Assembly (NCBI GenBank): GCA_038061865.1
Contig: JBBTYI010000011.1
Coordinates: 1-48,586, forward strand
Direction: 5' to 3'
DNA: 48,586 bases
From: Patescibacteria group bacterium
Lineage (GTDB): Bacteria; Patescibacteriota; Minisyncoccia; 2-02-FULL-40-12; IGHO2-01-FULL-4-A
Shown here in pieces: positions 36,967-46,294 of the stretch. How positions within the stretch are numbered: the stretch's first letter is position 1; every line of letters starts with the position of its first letter. The position numbers were made by a program, and so were the translations under genes. The notes beneath the pieces are model-generated. The model was not told the origin of the DNA and did not search any database. It saw only the letters and a program-made list of their open reading frames with translations.

Positions 36967-39900
36967 ATGAGTTTCGCTTCCCTGAAATTAAAAGTCGCTT
37001 CCCCGGAAGATATTTTGACGTGGTCTTACGGTGAAGTAACGAAACCGGAGACCATCAATTATCGGACCCAGAAGCCGGAAAAAGAAGGCCTGTTTTCGGA
37101 ATCAATTTTCGGCCCGACCCAGGATTGGAAATGCTACTGCGGCAAGTACAGTCGGATCCGCTACAAAGGTATCATCTGCGACCGCTGCGGCGTGGAGATC
37201 ACCCGCTCCATCGTGCGGCGCGAGCGGATGGGCCACATCCGGCTGGCCAGCCCGGTGGCGCACATTTGGTTTTTGCGCGGCGTGCCTTCGCGCGTCGCTT
37301 CCATTCTGGATACTTCTTTGCCGGAACTGGAAAAAGTTATCTATTTTGCCGCCTACATTGTGATGTCGGTCAATGAGGAACTCAAAGCGGAAGCGATGAA
37401 GAAAATGGAAACCGAGTTGCGCTCGCTGCTGAAAAATACGCCGACCGAAACCGAGCGCGAGCGAATCAAAAACCAGTTGGAAAAAGAAAAAGAAAACTTG
37501 CGCGGCCTTAAATCATATCAAATTCTGTCCGAACTGGAATTTCGTGATTTATCGCTCAAGTACGGAGAGGTTTTTGAAGCCGGTATCGGCGCCGAAGCCG
37601 TCCGGAAACTGCTGGAACGGATAAATCTGGCGGAAAGAATTGAAGCAGACGAAGAAAATCTGCTTGAAACCGACAACCCGGTCAACCAGAAAAAAATCCT
37701 GCGTCGCTTAAAAACGTTCAAGGGCATGCTGAAGGCCGGGATTCGTCCGGAATGGATGATTTTGACCGTTCTGCCGATAATCCCGCCGCTGTTGCGGCCG
37801 ATGGTGCAGCTGGACGGCGGCCGCTTCGCCACTTCCGATTTGAATGACCTTTATCGCCGGGTAATCAATCGCAACAATCGGCTTAAGCACCTGATTGAAC
37901 TGCGGGCGCCCGAGGTCATCACCAAAAATGAAAAACGCATGCTGCAGGAAGCGGTGGACGCTTTGATTGATAACGGTATGCGCCGCGGCCAAACCTTGGT
38001 CGCCGCCTCCACCGGCCAGAAACGGGCTTTGAAATCACTGGCCGATATGCTCAAAGGCAAGCAGGGCCGCTTCCGCCAAAATCTTTTGGGCAAGCGGGTG
38101 GATTATTCCGGCCGTAGCGTCATCGTTATCGGCCCGGAATTGAAACTGGGCGAGTGCGGTCTGCCCAAACACATGGCGCTGGAATTATTCAAACCCTTTG
38201 TCATTCATTACCTGATTAAAAACGGTTTTGCCCATAACATCCGCTCGGCCAACCACTTAATCGACCAGGCCGGCCCGGAGGTTTGGGAAGGTCTGGAAGA
38301 AGCCATCAAAGACCGTTTGGTTCTGCTCAATCGCGCCCCGACTTTGCACCGGTTATCGGTTCAAGCTTTCAAACCGCTGCTGATTGAGGGCAAGGCCATC
38401 AAGATCCCCGCTTTGCCGACCAGCGCTTTCAATGCCGACTTTGACGGCGACCAGATGGCCGTCCACCTGCCCTTGACTGACGAGGCCCAAAAAGAAGCCC
38501 GCGAGTTGATGTATTCCACCCACGGCATCTTGAAACCATCCAGCGGCGAGCCGGTCGCCACCCCTTCCAAAGACATCGCCTTGGGCTGTTTCTTTCTGAC
38601 CAGTATTAACCCGGGCGCCGGGGGTGAAGACAAAATATTTTCTTCGGAATCGGAAGCGGTTTTGGCCTACGACTATGACCTGGTTAATCTGCGGGCCAAA
38701 ATTAAAGTTAAAATTTCCAGACCGGTTAAAACTTCCGGGACTGGTTTAACCGAAACTACCGTCGGCCGGATAATTTTCAACAGCGCTCTACCCGAGGATT
38801 TTCCTTTCGTCAACCAGACGCTGGACCGCACCGACCTGCGCAACCTGGAGGCGGAAATTTTTGACCACTACAGCGAAGAGCGAACCGTCCAATTTTTGGA
38901 TAAAGTCAAAGAATTCGGTTTCCATTATGCCACCGTTTCCGGGCTGTCTTTGGGGATGGACGATCTCAAGGTCCCGGCCGAGAAAAAAACGGTCTTGGCG
39001 GAAGCTGAAAAAATCATTGAAACCAATCAATCGCTCTATGAGCAGGGGCTTTTAACCGCCTACGAAAGAAAGTCCAAAGCGGTTGAGACCTGGACGATCA
39101 CTAAATCCAAACTGGAGAAGATACTTAAGCAGGAATTTAAACCCAATGACGCTGTCTATCTGATGGTTGAATCCAAGGCCCGCGGCAACTGGGGTACGGT
39201 TAACCAGCTGGCCGGCATGCGCGGTCTGATGGTCAAACCCGACGGTGAATTGATTGAGCTGCCGATTAAAAGTTCGCTTAAGGAAGGCATCAATGTTTTG
39301 GAATATTTCATTTCCACTCACGGCGCCAGAAAGGGTTTGGTGGACACCGCTTTGCGCACCGCCGAGGCCGGCTATTTGACCCGGCGTCTGGTGGACGTCG
39401 CTCAAGATGTAGTGATTAAAAGTGAGGATTGTAAAGACAAAGCCGGTCTGACCCTTTATGCCGAGGATGAGAAATTCACTGGTGAGACCATCGGCCGGCG
39501 GTTGAAAGGCCGGACGGTGCTGGAAGAGATTGAAGACGGCGCGGGCAATATTATCGTCAAAAAGGGTCAGATTGTGGATAAAGCCGCCGCCCTGAAGATT
39601 GAGCAACTGAAATTAAAAACCGCTAAAATTCGTTCGCTGGTCACCTGCAAAGCGGTGGACGGCGTCTGCCGCGTTTGCTACGGCTGGGATTTGTCCAAGA
39701 ACAAGCTGGTGGCAATCGGCGAGGCCGTCGGCATTGTTACCGCTCAAGCCATTGGCGAGCCGGGCACCCAGTTGACGATGAGAACTTTCCACACCGGCGG
39801 TGTGGCTTCGGTTTCCGACATTACCATGGGACTGCCCCGGGTGGTGGAAATTTTTGAAGCCCGCACCCCCTCGGGTAAAGCGTTAATCTCCGAAATTGAC

Positions 39901-40554
39901 GGCCAGGTGGCGGGGGTTGAAGAAAAGGGCGCTCAGACTTTAATTAAAATCAAAACCGATAAAGATGAGGAACGTGAATACCTGACTCTGCCCGGCGCCG
40001 CGCCGTGGGTTAGCGCCGGAGATCTGGTTACCGCCGGCCAGCAATTGTCGGAAGGCCACGTCGATTTGCGCGAGCTGTTTCAGCTGACCAGTAATATTGC
40101 CGCCGTCGCCCGCTACATTATCCGCGAGGTGCAAAGCGTTTATTTCTCCACCGGCGAAGGCATCAACGACAAGCACGTGGAACTGATCGCCCGCCAGATG
40201 TTTTCCCACGTCAGGATAGCGGACGGCGGCGACACCGAGCTTCTGCCCGGCGACATCGTGGAGATGCGGACGGTTTTGGAAGCTAATGAAACCGCCAAAC
40301 GAGTTTCGCCGGCGGGCGGAAACAAGCCAGCCACTTTTGAACGGATACTTTTAGGCATTACTAAAGTTTCCCTGACCACCGAGAGTTTCCTGTCGGCCGC
40401 CTCTTTCCAGGAAACGGCCAAGATTTTGATCGAGGCCGCCATCTCCGGCAAAGAAGACAAACTGCGCGGCCTCAAAGAAAATGTGATTATCGGCCGGTTG
40501 ATTCCGGCCGGGACGGGGTACGCAGAGCCGTCAGAAGTGCTGGGAGAAAAATAG
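36967..40554 (+). CDS. rpoC: RNA polymerase beta' subunit
   Basis: NADFDGDQM and GKQGRFRQNLLGKRVDYSGRS. Confidence 0.99.
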   Translation: MSFASLKLKVASPEDILTWSYGEVTKPETINYRTQKPEKEGLFSESIFGPTQDWKCYCGKYSRIRYKGIICDRCGVEITRSIVRRERMGHIRLASPVAHIWFLRGVPSRVASILDTSLPELEKVIYFAAYIVMSVNEELKAEAMKKMETELRSLLKNTPTETERERIKNQLEKEKENLRGLKSYQILSELEFRDLSLKYGEVFEAGIGAEAVRKLLERINLAERIEADEENLLETDNPVNQKKILRRLKTFKGMLKAGIRPEWMILTVLPIIPPLLRPMVQLDGGRFATSDLNDLYRRVINRNNRLKHLIELRAPEVITKNEKRMLQEAVDALIDNGMRRGQTLVAASTGQKRALKSLADMLKGKQGRFRQNLLGKRVDYSGRSVIVIGPELKLGECGLPKHMALELFKPFVIHYLIKNGFAHNIRSANHLIDQAGPEVWEGLEEAIKDRLVLLNRAPTLHRLSVQAFKPLLIEGKAIKIPALPTSAFNADFDGDQMAVHLPLTDEAQKEARELMYSTHGILKPSSGEPVATPSKDIALGCFFLTSINPGAGGEDKIFSSESEAVLAYDYDLVNLRAKIKVKISRPVKTSGTGLTETTVGRIIFNSALPEDFPFVNQTLDRTDLRNLEAEIFDHYSEERTVQFLDKVKEFGFHYATVSGLSLGMDDLKVPAEKKTVLAEAEKIIETNQSLYEQGLLTAYERKSKAVETWTITKSKLEKILKQEFKPNDAVYLMVESKARGNWGTVNQLAGMRGLMVKPDGELIELPIKSSLKEGINVLEYFISTHGARKGLVDTALRTAEAGYLTRRLVDVAQDVVIKSEDCKDKAGLTLYAEDEKFTGETIGRRLKGRTVLEEIEDGAGNIIVKKGQIVDKAAALKIEQLKLKTAKIRSLVTCKAVDGVCRVCYGWDLSKNKLVAIGEAVGIVTAQAIGEPGTQLTMRTFHTGGVASVSDITMGLPRVVEIFEARTPSGKALISEIDGQVAGVEEKGAQTLIKIKTDKDEEREYLTLPGAAPWVSAGDLVTAGQQLSEGHVDLRELFQLTSNIAAVARYIIREVQSVYFSTGEGINDKHVELIARQMFSHVRIADGGDTELLPGDIVEMRTVLEANETAKRVSPAGGNKPATFERILLGITKVSLTTESFLSAASFQETAKILIEAAISGKEDKLRGLKENVIIGRLIPAGTGYAEPSEVLGEK

Positions 40555-40595
40555 CCGCTCGCCTCATCCCCAAGCTTCGTGTTATTATACATTCA

Positions 40596-42320
40596 GTGCT
40601 TAAAGACCGCGAAGTAAAATTAATTGGTTTAGTCGGTCTATTGCTTGGGCTGGTGCTCCTGGGTAATTATCTGGTTTTTTCCTTTCCCTACATTAAGGCC
40701 ATAATCACCGGCGATTGGCTTGAACCGCCGATTGGTTTTTTGGAAAATGTTGACGGGGTTTCCGGGGTGGCCGGCGGCTGGGCGCTTGACCCGGATACTC
40801 CCGCTCAAGCGATTGACGTGCATTTTTATCTGGACGGTCCGGCCGGCCAGGGCGGAATTTTCATCGGTTTCGTTAAAGCCGGTCTACCCAGGCCGGACGT
40901 TAACCGAGTCACCGGACATGCCGGCAACCACGGTTTTCGGTTCACCGTCCCCGACCAATACCGGGACGGCCGGGAACATACCATTTATGCTTATGGCATT
41001 GACGTAGGCGTCAGTTATAATCCCCCGCTCGGCAATTCGCCGCTGATTGCCGAATTGCTCTTGCCGGCCGGCAGTTTGGACAGTAATCCAGAACCGGCCC
41101 GCCGGCCGGGTTTTGTTCTAGTCGGCCAGCCGGAAAAAGTATTTGCCTACTCGCAAGACCGCTGCGAGACGCTTGATATCCCCGATGCTCCGGCCCGAAC
41201 TTTCCGTAACGCTGACGGGTTGATTAACCTGATTGATTCTCACTACGTCAGCTACCGCAGCACCGGCAGTTCGTTTGCCAACTTGCGGCGCGATTGCGCC
41301 AAGATAATGGATTCGGCCAAAAATCCCGACTTTAATCAATTCACTTATTATGAATGGCTGACTGCGCCTTATACGCTTGACGGCGCCACTGTTTACAATT
41401 TAGTTCACAACGAATGGTACGCTTATCTAATTGACCCGCGCTGCAGCCGCGCCAGCCCGGGCGATGGCTGGGTTAATGCGATTACTTTGGTTCAATCCAA
41501 AGACGGCGGCGCCAATTACACCCGCCCGACGGATTACCTCGTTTGGAAACCGTCAACACCCTGGGATAACAGCTTCTCTTGTACGGCCAATAACTATACC
41601 CGCTACGGCGCTTTCAATCCTTCCAACATCGTCAAAAAAGATAACTATTACTACGCCCTCTACCAATCGGAACGCGACCCGACCGGCCGTTACGATTGGG
41701 GTACTTGTTTGATGCGTACTGCGCGCTTGGATTCAGCCTCGGCCTGGATGGTTTGGACTGCTGGGGGCTGGGACAATGCGCCTGATGCCGCTTGCCAACT
41801 GATCGCCCGCGACAAGATTGAAAAGATGCATGAGTCGCTCACCTATAATACGTATTTTGACGCCTATTTGCTGGTCGGCACCAAATATTCGCCGGAAGAA
41901 GGCGTTTATTTCTCTTTATCAAAAGACCTGTTTAACTGGTCGGAGCCGATAAAACTTTACGGCCGTCAGGCGGTTTATCCTTCGGTCATTGACCATACCG
42001 ACACCAGCCGCAATTTTGAAAACTCCGGCCGGGAAGTTTATCTTTACTTCACCCAAAATAACGGCGGCCTTAATCGCGATTTGCTGCGCCAAAAAATCCG
42101 CTTCACCGGCGGCGTGCCGGCAGTCAGCCAAACGCCCAGTCTCACGCCTGAACCGACTTTTTCTGCTTCGCCCACGCCCATTTTGCCACCTACTGCCACT
42201 CCGACCCCAGTCCCGACTCCAACACTAACCGCCTCGCCGACTCCCACACCTTCTCTGCGCCTCTGCCGCTGGTATAATTTTTTTGGCTTCAAAGATCTTT
42301 TCTGCCGCCGGTTACCCTAA
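40596..42320 (+). CDS. Membrane-anchored or secreted protein: Ig-like domain, probable beta-propeller, PT-rich tail
   Basis: N-terminal hydrophobic helix, GWALDPD...RPDV...HGF domain, Asp-box-like SKDGGANY and SKDLFNW, and TPTP repeats. Confidence 0.7.
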   Translation: MLKDREVKLIGLVGLLLGLVLLGNYLVFSFPYIKAIITGDWLEPPIGFLENVDGVSGVAGGWALDPDTPAQAIDVHFYLDGPAGQGGIFIGFVKAGLPRPDVNRVTGHAGNHGFRFTVPDQYRDGREHTIYAYGIDVGVSYNPPLGNSPLIAELLLPAGSLDSNPEPARRPGFVLVGQPEKVFAYSQDRCETLDIPDAPARTFRNADGLINLIDSHYVSYRSTGSSFANLRRDCAKIMDSAKNPDFNQFTYYEWLTAPYTLDGATVYNLVHNEWYAYLIDPRCSRASPGDGWVNAITLVQSKDGGANYTRPTDYLVWKPSTPWDNSFSCTANNYTRYGAFNPSNIVKKDNYYYALYQSERDPTGRYDWGTCLMRTARLDSASAWMVWTAGGWDNAPDAACQLIARDKIEKMHESLTYNTYFDAYLLVGTKYSPEEGVYFSLSKDLFNWSEPIKLYGRQAVYPSVIDHTDTSRNFENSGREVYLYFTQNNGGLNRDLLRQKIRFTGGVPAVSQTPSLTPEPTFSASPTPILPPTATPTPVPTPTLTASPTPTPSLRLCRWYNFFGFKDLFCRRLP

Positions 42321-42322
42321 TT

Positions 42323-43402
42323 TTAACTCCGGATCTTGATGCTCTCTACCACGCCCAAGCCGACCATCAGAGTAAGCAGATGGCTGCCTCCGTAACTTAA
42401 AAAAGAGAAGGGGATGCCGGTGATCGGCAAAACGCCCAGATTCATGCCGGCATTGGAAAAGGAGTGGATAATAATGACGGTCATCAACCCCAGAATATAC
42501 AGTCGGGCAAAGTTGTTGCTCACCCGCGCGGCAACGGCGCCCAGCCGCCAGCTTAATCCGGCCAGCAGGCCCAGGAGCAAAACCACACCAGCAAAACCAA
42601 ACTTTTGCCCATAAGCGGCAAAAGCAAAATCGGTGTATCTTTCCGGCACCAAAACGGTCAGATTTTTGCTGTTATCAAAAAAGGTGCCCCAAATCCTTCC
42701 CGAACCGAAAGTGGTTTGGGACTGAATGACGTTGTAACCGATGCCTCGCGGGTCAAGATAAGGATTGAGGAATGAGAAAATCCGGTCTTTTTGATACGGT
42801 TTGAAAGCTAAAAACCAAGCGAAGGAAAATATCATCAAGCCGACCATCAGTATCGTCAAGAGATGCCGCCTTTTAATGCCCGAGAAAAACAGCATTGCCA
42901 GCCATAAAGCAACGAAAACCATCGTTGAACCGAAATCAGGCTGGAGCAAAGTCAACCACGCCGGCGCCGCGGCGTAAACCCCCGAAGCTAAAATATGGTG
43001 CCAGCGGTAAATTTCCGCGTGTTTCTGGGAAAAATATTTAGCTAATAAAACTAGCAGGGTCAGTTTGGTGAACTCCGACGGCTGAAAACCATAGCCACCG
43101 AGGATTATCCACGAGCGCGCGCCGCGCACCGGGCTGAAGCCGAGCGCAGCCAGCAAAAAAATTATTGAAATCGCATAGAGAATTACCGAGGCCGCGGAGT
43201 AGTTTTTGAAAATTCGGTAATCAGCAAAAGAAACGCTAATCATCAACACCGCTCCGGCTAAACTGAAGAGCAGCTGCTTCCGGAAAATCTCCTCCTCCCG
43301 CGCCCCGCTTTGATAAAAAGTCAGCGCCCCCAAAACTACAATCGCCAGCGCCAGCGCCAATAAAACCCAATCAAATTTCTTCAGCCATACGCTCCACGTC
43401 AT
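42323..43402 (-). CDS. rodA: SEDS family peptidoglycan polymerase (RodA/FtsW)
   Basis: FQPSEF.K, QPDFG, PE.YTDF and GIPFSFLSYGGS. Confidence 0.88.
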   Translation of the reverse strand: MTWSVWLKKFDWVLLALALAIVVLGALTFYQSGAREEEIFRKQLLFSLAGAVLMISVSFADYRIFKNYSAASVILYAISIIFLLAALGFSPVRGARSWIILGGYGFQPSEFTKLTLLVLLAKYFSQKHAEIYRWHHILASGVYAAAPAWLTLLQPDFGSTMVFVALWLAMLFFSGIKRRHLLTILMVGLMIFSFAWFLAFKPYQKDRIFSFLNPYLDPRGIGYNVIQSQTTFGSGRIWGTFFDNSKNLTVLVPERYTDFAFAAYGQKFGFAGVVLLLGLLAGLSWRLGAVAARVSNNFARLYILGLMTVIIIHSFSNAGMNLGVLPITGIPFSFLSYGGSHLLTLMVGLGVVESIKIRS

Positions 43403-43564
43403 AGGTGGAGTTTAGCGTATGGTTTTAGCTTGAGCAAATCTAGCTCGCCCCGCTGCCTTTGTGAGGACTTCCTCGCCCCCAGCGTGGGCTCGCTTTGATT
43501 TTGCCCAGAGAAAAAGTCCCACACGGTGAAGCACGGTTGTGTGTGCTTTTTCTGTGTGAGAATA

Positions 43565-44344
43565 TTAGTAGAATTGCTGAAATCTTTCCGGTTGCTGGTA
43601 CTGCCGCAAAAAATTGGAGTTCTCAAAGACATTGGTGCTGGCTTCCACTTCCACCCGGGCCACCCGGCCGATAAAGGGCGAAAACCACGAGACCTCAAAA
43701 CCGCGCGTGGTCTTGGCGAGGAAAGTCCTAATTTCCGTGCGGTTGACGGCCAACAGATTATCACCGGAGTCAAAAAGCAAAACTAGCGCATCTACCCGTC
43801 CGAGATCAAAGTCGGAATTGTTGAGAATTAATCCCTCGGCTCGGCCGAACAAATTGTTCTGTCTAGTTTCTTGATAATTAACATTGCGAGCGATCAGCGG
43901 CACGCCGCTGACGCCGATTGGGTCAAGTTTCTGCCAGTCCACGCTTTTGACGATCAACTCTACCCGACTGATTGGTTCAGAAAACTTCAGCGGCGTATCA
44001 ATAATGTATTTGGTCTGGCCGGGGAGGATATAAAAATTGCCGATCTTACTGGAAATGATTGTGTTGGCGGCACCGTAAAACTTAAGCTCATACTCCGCCT
44101 CGGCCGAGCCGTAGTCGGTGTTGGGATTAACCACCTTGGCGACAAAGTCGTAGTCATTGTTTTGAACGTTGAGCAGTTTTGTTAAGGCGATGCTGATTGG
44201 CGCCAGATTGGCCGTCGGGTTAGGCGTCGGCGGCGGAGGCGGCGGATTGACGGTGCGGAACAGCCAAAAACCCAGTCCGCCCAAAATCAAAAAAAATATC
44301 AGAGCGATAAGGATTTGTTTAGTGAGGCGCTGGGCGTCAGTCAT
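43565..44344 (-). CDS. Membrane-anchored hypothetical protein with two beta-sandwich-like domains
   Basis: N-terminal TM, proline linker, and V.NPN...YILPGQTKY; start taken at MTDAQR. Confidence 0.75.
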   Translation of the reverse strand: MTDAQRLTKQILIALIFFLILGGLGFWLFRTVNPPPPPPTPNPTANLAPISIALTKLLNVQNNDYDFVAKVVNPNTDYGSAEAEYELKFYGAANTIISSKIGNFYILPGQTKYIIDTPLKFSEPISRVELIVKSVDWQKLDPIGVSGVPLIARNVNYQETRQNNLFGRAEGLILNNSDFDLGRVDALVLLFDSGDNLLAVNRTEIRTFLAKTTRGFEVSWFSPFIGRVARVEVEASTNVFENSNFLRQYQQPERFQQFY

Positions 44345-44456
44345 TGGATTAATTATAATTGGCAGCGAGGACGATTGGAAGTTCACTTACAGTTCGTCCG
44401 AGCGAACCAATTATACAAAGTATATCGGTTTTCCGGCCAAAACAAAAACCCAATAG

Positions 44457-44573
44457 TCCGGCGGCTACCTACTTTCGCGCCCTGCCAAGCAGAGTACTAT
44501 CATAGGCCTTGGCGTCTTTCACTTCTGAGTTCGGAATGGGATCAGGTGGTACAACGCCAGTATAGTCGCCGCG
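44457..44573 (-). rRNA. rrf: 5S rRNA
   Basis: CACCTGATCCCATTCCGAACTCAGAAGTGAA and AGTAGGT; flanked by a perfect 17-bp inverted repeat (44440-44456/44574-44590). Confidence 0.95.
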
Positions 44574-44879
44574 CTATTGGGTTTTTGTTTCAGGTTTTCC
44601 GATCACTCTGTGTTTCCGGGGTTTTCAGGACTTAATCTTGTAAGGAATCTTTGATCTATTAGTAGCGCTCGGCTGAACGCGTTACCGCGCTTACACCTGC
44701 GCCCTATCAACCTGGTAATCTCCCAGGGATCTATGGACTTGCGTCCGTGAAGTCTAATCTTGGGGCCCGTTTCGCGCTTATATGCTTTCAGCGCTTATCG
44801 GCACCGAACATAGCTACCCAACGCTGCTCTGGGCAGAACAATTGGTAGACCAGAGGTTCGTTCATCCCGGTCCTCTCGT

Positions 44880-45389
44880 CATGCTTACGCAATCACCAAT
44901 TAACAATTACTAATCGTTAATTGGAGTCACACCCTTCATCACTGAAGGCATAGACTATATCTTGCTCACGCAACAACCAACTACTAATCACCAATCGCTA
45001 ATAAATTACATTAACGATTAGAAGTTAGAAGTTGGCAATTGCGAGAGCTCGGCATATTATGATTAGCCGTTGACTCCGCCAGTTGGCGGAATCGCATCAC
45101 TAACTATCCACCGAGCACATATGTTTTGTGTGCTACGGTAAGTCGTTACGGGGTTTGTTATAAGTTTTTAGCAAATATTCTTTACACTTATTATAACACA
45201 AACTCAAACAAACTTCCCACGGGATTAACCTAATTCTGTTTATTCCACCATCATCGGACCGATAGACCGTGGCAAAACTAGGCCTCCCCCGTTATTAGCC
45301 GAATTTGCCATCCAAACATAGCTCAAGGCAATCTTGAGTATGCCCGAATGGGTTTCAATACAGGTCACCCTGTAAAGTAGCAAAACTTT
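44880..45389 (-). mobile_element. Group I intron, ORF-less, 510 nt, after U2656 (E. coli numbering), in the sarcin-ricin loop
   Basis: CCUAGU|AAAG...GCAUG|ACGAGAGG; exon ends in U, intron ends in G; core motifs CCCGUAACGACU and AAGAUAUAGUC. Confidence 0.9.
44964..45048. repeat. Heptamer-arm hairpin element forming P8 of the U2656 intron
   Basis: GCTCACGCAA...TTGCGAGAGC. Confidence 0.8.
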
Positions 45390-45460
45390 ACTAGGGACAA
45401 CCCCCCTCAAACTTCAACGCCCGCACCAGATAAGGACCAACCTGTCTCACGACGGTTTGA

Positions 45461-46285
45461 CAATATTTCTTATATTAGACTATACCTTTTCTGATTTTCC
45501 GAATCAGAACTGACGTGTTGCGACGACTAAATAATCGCCGCCTGTCCTTCAACAAGTTCAGGACAAGTCGTTACGGGGACTAGAAATCTTATAGTTCATT
45601 GATGCGATGATATATGGTCTCACTATGTTAATTAATTTTTCGCACTCATAGTGCCTAATTGCCATCTTGTACTTATTCCTATCCTTGACCAAGGTGGAGC
45701 TAACTCCAAATTTGTCCAGAAGTAGTTTCTGTAGAATTTTCTGTTCAACAACAGAAAAGTTATGCGTATTCAGGGTAATATTGTTGCCATTATTAGAATC
45801 ATCGTCCATATACCAGACTGCCAAACCTAATGGTTCAAGCGAGCCTAATAATACGCCCGGCAATATTTTAGTTCTGCTTTTATAAAACAGTTTCTGAAAT
45901 AGCCCGAGTGTTTCGTTACTACGTGTGTGGAAATACCAGGAGAAATGGGTTTTATTTCTTTTTTTATCGTGCCAAACTTGAGTAAACCTAGGTCCTTTTG
46001 AAACCAGATTTTTCAATTTGGTATATTTCCAAAACACATAGTCTTTTTGCTTATCGGATTGATGGATCCGTAAACGAGCAGTATGTTTTGCCCTAATACT
46101 TTTTGAACGACACTCTAAACGAGCATCACCCAACAATGAACCAAGGATCAATTGAAATTGATCATACGGAATTAATGATTTCAGTCTTCCCACGATGTTT
46201 TCCACAACTTAATTATAACATAATCAAGTCAATTGGAATTCACCGTTATGAGTCAGTTTTTACTGGGCTCATGTAGTTTTCACTA
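45461..46285 (-). mobile_element. Group I intron, 825 nt, after U2584, carrying a LAGLIDADG gene
   Basis: GCUGGGU|UAGUG...AUAUUG|UCAAACCG; P1 GCUGGGU/GCCCAGU with a U.G pair; CCCGUAACGACU and GGUAUAGUC. Confidence 0.92.
45558..46205 (-). CDS. Two-motif LAGLIDADG homing endonuclease (I-SceI-like)
   Basis: ILGSLLGDA and LAVWYMDDD motifs; the 3' end overlaps the intron core. Confidence 0.9.
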   Translation of the reverse strand: MENIVGRLKSLIPYDQFQLILGSLLGDARLECRSKSIRAKHTARLRIHQSDKQKDYVFWKYTKLKNLVSKGPRFTQVWHDKKRNKTHFSWYFHTRSNETLGLFQKLFYKSRTKILPGVLLGSLEPLGLAVWYMDDDSNNGNNITLNTHNFSVVEQKILQKLLLDKFGVSSTLVKDRNKYKMAIRHYECEKLINIVRPYIIASMNYKISSPRNDLS

Positions 46286-46294
46286 ACCCAGCTC

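Noticed and set aside
9318-40592. Long antisense or alternate-frame ORFs (e.g. 9318-9989, 18680-19303, 22480-23286, 36029-36658)
   Set aside because: These are shadows of conserved genes, expected from codon bias.
43399-43773. 124-aa ORF upstream of rodA
   Set aside because: It overlaps the upstream gene out of frame and crosses a repeat-like spacer.
46227-46232. TTGACT as the -35 element of the endonuclease promoter
   Set aside because: It is only 9 nt from TATAAT; the extended -10 explains the site.
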